A stretch of 63,707 bases of DNA, counting the filler, from Aduncisulcus paluster (taxonomy: Eukaryota), in assembly GCA_024181965.1 (NCBI GenBank). It is 8 parts of 8 records of this genome, joined end to end, with 100 filler letters (N's around TTAATTAATTAA, not from the genome) between each part and the next. Parts side by side here need not be neighbours in the genome. Positions count along the whole stretch, not along the records: positions 55,154 to 60,565 come from BQXS01011256.1; positions 60,666 to 63,707 come from BQXS01011293.1; 6 more parts are not named here. One strand, 5' to 3'. How positions within the stretch are numbered: position 1 is the stretch's first letter; every line of letters begins with the position of its first letter. The position numbers and the translations under genes are program-made. Below are positions 58,049 through 63,707 of the stretch, one piece after another. Under the pieces are notes generated by a model. That model saw nothing but the letters and a program-made list of their open reading frames with translations. It was not told the DNA's origin and searched no databases.

Positions 58049-58516
58049 TAAATTATTTCTCTGTTCAACAAAAATCTGCCAAATTAATATGGAGGTCATC
58101 ATTGTGCGGAAGTTTGCATATTTTCATTTGAAAAGAACATTAATATTAAAAATTTGAAATATTTTTTTATTTTTGAGGCCCAGGAGATCATCATATCGCC
58201 GGAGGATAAAAACTTCTCCGGAAATTGCTGAAAGGATTTACAAAATCCGGTATTATTGTTTTAGATCACTTTCATTTTCCAGGAGATAATATGAAATCAT
58301 CTTTGGTGATGTATAAATGGGTGCCAAAGGGATAATTTTAAAATTTAAATTACAACCACTGGGTCTCTTCTTCAACTTCAGGTTTTATATTACAATTTCT
58401 CTGATAAATATAATAATTAATCCTAGGTTTATGGCATTATTGTTAAATCAAGAAAGAAGATTACTGGTTTTTTTTTTTTTTTTTTCCTTCCGATTATTGC
58501 ATAATATTTATTTATA

Positions 58517-59152
58517 ATGGGGCTTTGGGCCAGATTTGTTGCTTGGTTAAAGAGGTATGTATGATTTTTTTTTGCTATTTATCCATTGAGTATTGTTATG
58601 TACTAAACAATTTTCCCTTCATATTTAAGTGTTTTTTTCAAGAAAGAGCTTGAGTTGGCTATCGTAGGATTAGATAGGGTTGGAAAGACAACTCTTGTTC
58701 TTGCTATGAGCGATGAACCTCAAGAAGATACAATTCCCACTGTAGGTTTTAATATTAAGAGTGTTAAGAAAGGATCGGTTCAATTTAAATTCTGGGATCT
58801 TGGAGGACAAAGTAGATTTAGAAGCAACTGGCATAGGTATTGTGCTACTGGTGGAGCTATTGTTTACGTTATTGATGGAGCTGCTCCCGATAGGTTTGCA
58901 CTTGCTCGTCAAGAATTGCATCTTCTCGCCAGTCAGGCATCTCTTGTTGATCTTCCTCTTTTGATACTCGCCAATAAGAATGATCTTCCCGATTCAATTA
59001 ATTCAGTTGATAAATTAAAGGAAGTTGCAGATCACGAATCTCTTGTACGCATTAACAAATACAGAACAATTGGATATTATTGTATTTCCGCATTGAAGGG
59101 GAAAAACATTGAATTTGTTTTGAAATGGCTGATGGATCATGCTAAAAGTTAA
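58517..59152 (+). CDS. ARL8: ADP-ribosylation factor-like GTPase 8; 2 exons (58517..58554, 58630..59152)
   Basis: Spliced N-terminus MGLWARFVAWLKSVFFKKELELAIVGLDRVGKTT; EDTIPTVGFN, WDLGGQSRFRSNWHRYC, NKND and YCISA are Arl8 signatures. Confidence 0.9.
58555..58629 (+). other. Spliceosomal intron (75 nt)
   Basis: GTATGT donor, TACTAAA branch-like motif and AAG acceptor; removal restores the Arl8 amphipathic helix. Confidence 0.9.
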
Positions 59153-59672
59153 ATTATTGAACAATGGGTTATTCTTTGAATAATAATAAATTTTCTTGTA
59201 AAATATATTTTATTTTTCTCAACGTAATTATTCTCGAATCGGTTGTATTGACTTGCGGTAAGCAAGTGGCTAGCAAATTTTTTAAAATAGAGAATTATCG
59301 GCTACATACCGGTAATGCCGGTTGATGCCGGTGGCCATCACAGTTGGAACCGTCTACAGGTTATTATTACTGATATNNNNNNNNNNNNNNNNNNNNGAAA
59401 AACATTGAATTTGTTTTGAAATGGCTGATGGATCATGCTAAAAGTTAAATTATTGAACAATGGGTTATTCTTTGAATAATAATAAATTTTCTTGTAAAAT
59501 ATATTTTATTTTTCTCAACGTAATTATTCTCGAATCGGTTGTATTGACTTGCGGTAAGCAAGTGGCTAGCAAATTTTTTAAAATAGAGAATTATCGGCTA
59601 CATACCGGTAATGCCGGTTGATGCCGGTGGCCATCACAGTTGGAACCGTCTACAGGTTATTATTACTGATAT
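59101..59672. repeat. Gap-flanking assembly duplication (59101-59376 = 59397-59672)
   Basis: Identical 276 nt either side of N20. Confidence 0.9.
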
Positions 59673-60023
59673 TAGGGAATAATTCAGCGAATAAAATTTA
59701 TTCAGGTTTCGACCAAGTCTCTGAGACTTAGTCTCGCCTTCGCATTACCCTCTTACTCTTTGGAACGAGGTTCTTTGTATCATTGGAATCAGTCATTCAG
59801 TTTACAAGGTCGAACTTTGAATTATGTCGACAAACTTTGTCCATCATGGCTTTTTCTGAGTCAGAATCTGACAAGAATTTCCAGTTCACATGCTGAAGGA
59901 ATTGTTTCTTCTTTTCCAATCTTGAGAAATAAAATACAAGACAAAAAGATTCCATCACTCAGCACAATTCAATGCCAGTCTTCTGAAGATTCTACAGAAA
60001 TATCGGAGGCGTATTCTTCTTCT

Positions 60024-60565
60024 TCAGATTTCATCATCATCTTCTTCAATATCTTCCATTCCTATCCTCCATGCTTCTTGATCGTATTCTTCAAACGAAC
60101 AACATAATGATCCCTGTTCAAACATCACTTCAACACCTCCACCTGTGTGTTCAATCAGATCATACACAGATTGTCTCAAGGATCTCTCATCATCAAATGG
60201 CATCTTAACAAGCATGTGTTGGGGAGGAGGAGTGTATTGGATGAGAGAAGAGTGTGTGAGGATATCTTGAGAACTCGATCCATCACGTTTAAGAACATGT
60301 TGGATTTGCATTTCTTTTCCACTGATAATATCATGATAGCAAGAGATTTTGTCTTTGCGATGTGGAATAGTTTTATGCAGATTCATAACAGAACATACAT
60401 GGGAAGCGTATGAATATCCATCTTTCTCAGGACACAAAGATGTCTCAATTGATGGGAGAAATGAAACCATTGGAACAGAATGGAAAAGAGTTGAAGAGAG
60501 ATATGAAGAAGATACGAAGGAGGAAATGTTGGAAAGGTATTGGTTATAGATTTGAGTTGAACAAT
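60024..60565 (-). CDS. C-terminal part of another helical-repeat family paralog; 5'-truncated
   Basis: Near-identical to the C-terminus of 32547..35761 and, in reverse complement, to 63446..63707. Confidence 0.8.
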
Positions 60566-60666
60566 NNNNNNNNNNNNNNNNNNNNNNNNNNNNNNNNNNN
60601 NNNNNNNNNTTAATTAATTAANNNNNNNNNNNNNNNNNNNNNNNNNNNNNNNNNNNNNNNNNNNNG

Positions 60667-63600
60667 AAGAAATGGAGGAAATGGAAGAAGAAGAAGAAGG
60701 AGCTAAAAACTGCTGAATCTAGAGTGAATTCCATTACAAAGACATTGTTCAGCATTCTCAGTATCTCAACAACAAGAAGTGTTCTATCTCAATGTATTGC
60801 CATTTTCCCCCAGATCTCCACTCTTCTCTCCAAGATGTTTATTCTCGGCCTATCTGAGAAACTTGAGGATTCTTTTGTTGAGGATATCCTAACATGTAGG
60901 AATATTGCATTTGCCAAAGATGATCCCACCAAGAACTCCCTTTTATCCATTCTTCTCCCCCATATCTTGCCATGGATGAAGAAGTATCCTGATAAGAAGT
61001 TCTTTTTCTTGTGGATGAATATCTTGAAGAATATCACTCTTGATAAGGATAATACCTTCTCTGATAAAGATCGTTCTTCACAACTTTGGTTCGTCTTCCA
61101 CCCTGTCTTGGCTATTATCAAGGACACTGCTTCCAAAGGTATTACATTTGATGATGATGCTGTAATTCGTTGTTTGTGTTTCTTTGGTAACTTGAGTTGG
61201 ATTCCTTCCCAAGCCATTGAAGTTCATGATTACATTAAAGATGGTCTTATTGATAGCTGGTTTGAGATAGTGAAGAGGAAGAAAAGTGAAGGAGAGCATG
61301 CTAATAGTCAGGGAGTCAAATACTGGTCCAAACTCATTTCCATGCTATCCACTGTTCCATCTCTTGTCTCTCAACTCTCTCCCAAATATGATGCCAACAT
61401 GGAGTGGTGTAAGAAGAATGGAGGATTGCGTAATGATTATGCAAGATATCTTGGTAATTGTTATCCTTCTCTGAAAAAATGGGTTGAATTAGTTGAAGCT
61501 ATTAGGAAATGTCCTGACTCAGAATCATCCTCAATTCTCTACCATAAACATCGAGAAGATATCCTTTCTGTCTTCCTTGCATCCCAATCAAAGAGTGAGA
61601 TTGAAGAGCACAAGAGAGAGATTGTTGTTTGTGTCGAGTGTTTAGATTGGTTTGTTGGACATGATATTGCTGGAAATCATATCTTCCTCCCAATACCCGA
61701 TCTCAACAATCTCATTGACACTTTCATTGATCATCTTTCAAGAATTGAGGAACTATTGGAAGAAGATGTTTGTGATGAGTATTGTAGCATTTGTGCTAAC
61801 TATTCTTTCGAAGTTGAAGATAAATTGGATTCTTTCCTTCTCAAGATCCTTTCCACTTTCCATCGAATTCTTGAGAGAGGAAGCAAGAAGAAGTTGTCTG
61901 ATAATATTGTTCTAAATTTACTGAAAACTCTCAAAAATATCTCCTTTTCTTCCTCTACTTCCACTCGATCTTTTATTCTCACCCTTATCAAACCATATGT
62001 CAAAGATTGGTTGAGGATGTATAATAATAGTGAGTGTTATGGAGAATGGATGTTTATTCTATCATTTGGCACCACCTCAAGTGATTATGAATCTCCCAAC
62101 AAATCTCTTTGTTCTGAAGTTTGGCCCCTTTTCCACCCTGTTCTTGATCTTGTTAAGAGAGAGTTTGTTGGGGACAAGATTATTGAGGATGATCATGAAG
62201 AATGTTTGCGATTCTTGTCTAACTTATGTTGTGATCCTTCACATGCTCTTGTAATCTATGATAATGTAAAGCATCTTCTTGATGAGTGGTTTGAAGTTAT
62301 GAAGAAGAAAGAACATGAATTGGGAATCATACACTGGTCCAGACTCATTTCCATGCTTTCCACTGTTCCATCTCTTGTCCATCAACTCTCTCCCAAATAT
62401 GATGCCAACATGGAGTGGTGCAAGAAGAATGGAGGATGGAGTGATGATTATACAAGATATCTTGGTAATTGTTATCCTTCTCTGAAAAAATGGGTTGAAT
62501 TAGTTGAAGCTATTAGGAAATGTCCTGACTCAGAATCATCCTCAATTCTCTACCACAAACATCGAGAAGATATTCTTTCTGTCTTCCTTGCATCCCAATC
62601 AAAGAGTGAGATAGAAGAGCACAAGAGAGAGATTGTTGTTTGTGTTGAGTGTTTAAGATGGTTTGTAAGACATGATATTGCTGGAAGGATTATCTATCTC
62701 CCAATACCCGATTTCAACAATCTCATTGACACTTTCATTGATCATCTTTCAAGAATTGAGGAAATATTGGAAGAAGCTGTTTATGAAGAGTATTGTAGCA
62801 TTTGTGTTTCTTATTCTTTCAAAGTTAAAGATAAATTGGATTCTTTCCTTCCCAAGATCCTTTCCACTTTCCATCGAATTCTTGAGAGAGGAAACAAGAA
62901 GAACTTGTCTGATAATATTGTTCTAGATTTATTGAAAACTCTCAGAAACATCTCTTCTTCTCCCTCTACTTCCACTCGATCCTCTATTCTCACCCTCATC
63001 AAACCATATGTCAAAGATTGGTTGGGGATGTACAATGATAGTGAATACTATGGAGAATGGATGTTTATTCTATCATTTGGCACCACCTCACGTGATAACG
63101 AATCTCCCAACAAATCCCTTTGTTCTGAAGCTTGGCCTCTTTTCCACCCTGTTCTTGATGTTGTTAAGAGAGAGTTTGTTGGGGACAAGATTATTGAGGA
63201 TGAACATGAAGAATGTTTGCGATTCTTGTCTAACTTATGTTGTGATCCTTCACATGCTCTTGTAATCTATGATAATGTAAAGCATCTTCTTGATGAGTGG
63301 TTTGAAGTTATGAAGATGAAACAACATGAATGGGGAATCAAATACTGGTTCAATCTCATTTCCATGCTTTCCGCTGTTCTATCTCTTGTCCCTCAACTAT
63401 CTCCCAAATATGATGCCAAGATGGAGTGGTGCAAAGGAGAATCGTATTGTTCAACTCAAATCTATAACCAATACCTTTCCAACATTTCCTCCTTCGTATC
63501 TTCTTCATATCTCTCTTCAACTCTTTTCCATTCTGTTCCAATGGTTTCATTTCTCCCATCAATTGAGACATCTTTGTGTCCTGAGAAAGATGGATATTCA

Positions 63601-63707
63601 TACGCTTCCCATGTATGTTCTGTTATGAATCTGCATAAAACTATTCCACATCGCAAAGACAAAATCTCTTGCTATCATGATATTATCAGTGGAAAAGAAA
63701 TGCAAAT
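60667..63707 (+). CDS. Helical-repeat family paralog (missing from the ORF track because the frame is open at both ends)
   Basis: The frame reads KKWRKW...SKMFILGLSEKLEDSFVEDILTCRNIAF... and is colinear with 32547..35761 to the window end; internal unit offset 1011 nt (61461 vs 62472). Confidence 0.85.

Noticed and set aside
1..63707. Alternative genetic code (TAA/TAG = Gln as in hexamitid diplomonads)
   Set aside because: Conserved genes end at the expected positions with TAA (B9D2, RACK1, ARL8), TAG (TMEM67) and TGA (spastin, AGL), and long ORFs have no in-frame TAR.
60290..63707. Large inverted repeat formed by 60290-60565 and 63446-63707
   Set aside because: The arms are on different scaffolds separated by the linker; they are paralogs or overlapping contigs, not a physical inverted repeat.
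1..63707. CRISPR arrays, rRNA, prokaryotic operons or defence systems
   Set aside because: No short regularly spaced repeats or rRNA motifs were seen, and the gene content and introns are eukaryotic.

Overview
Eukaryotic (protist) genomic DNA, not prokaryotic. The window is eight unrelated scaffolds concatenated with an artificial 100-nt spacer (N44-TTAATTAATTAA-N44), and it has six 20-N gaps flanked by duplicated sequence. It is gene-dense, uses the standard genetic code (genes end in TAA, TAG and TGA) and has few short spliceosomal introns: the six I could reconstruct all start GTATGT. Recognisable conserved genes are serine palmitoyltransferase LCB2, an EFHB/CFAP21-like protein, B9D2, RACK1, a GH5 endoglycoceramidase, INTS11/CPSF73-like nuclease, spastin, glycogen debranching enzyme, meckelin/TMEM67, SCAMP, GCN1 and ARL8, plus a probable divergent Gemin2 and an atypical homeodomain protein. 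The ciliary genes indicate a flagellate. The overall style reminds me of free-living fornicate metamonads such as Aduncisulcus paluster; this is an impression, not a verified assignment. The most unusual content is lineage-specific expanded families: a polytopic membrane protein built from repeats and fused to a Ser/Thr kinase, a ~340-aa helical-repeat family present three times, a small beta-sandwich-like domain found as tandem genes and as a triple-domain myristoylated protein, and a giant LRR/EGF type-I surface protein split by a 1-nt frameshift. There is also a probable non-LTR retrotransposon 3' fragment. I found no CRISPR array, rRNA or convincing tRNA, and no single multi-gene novel system that I can support.
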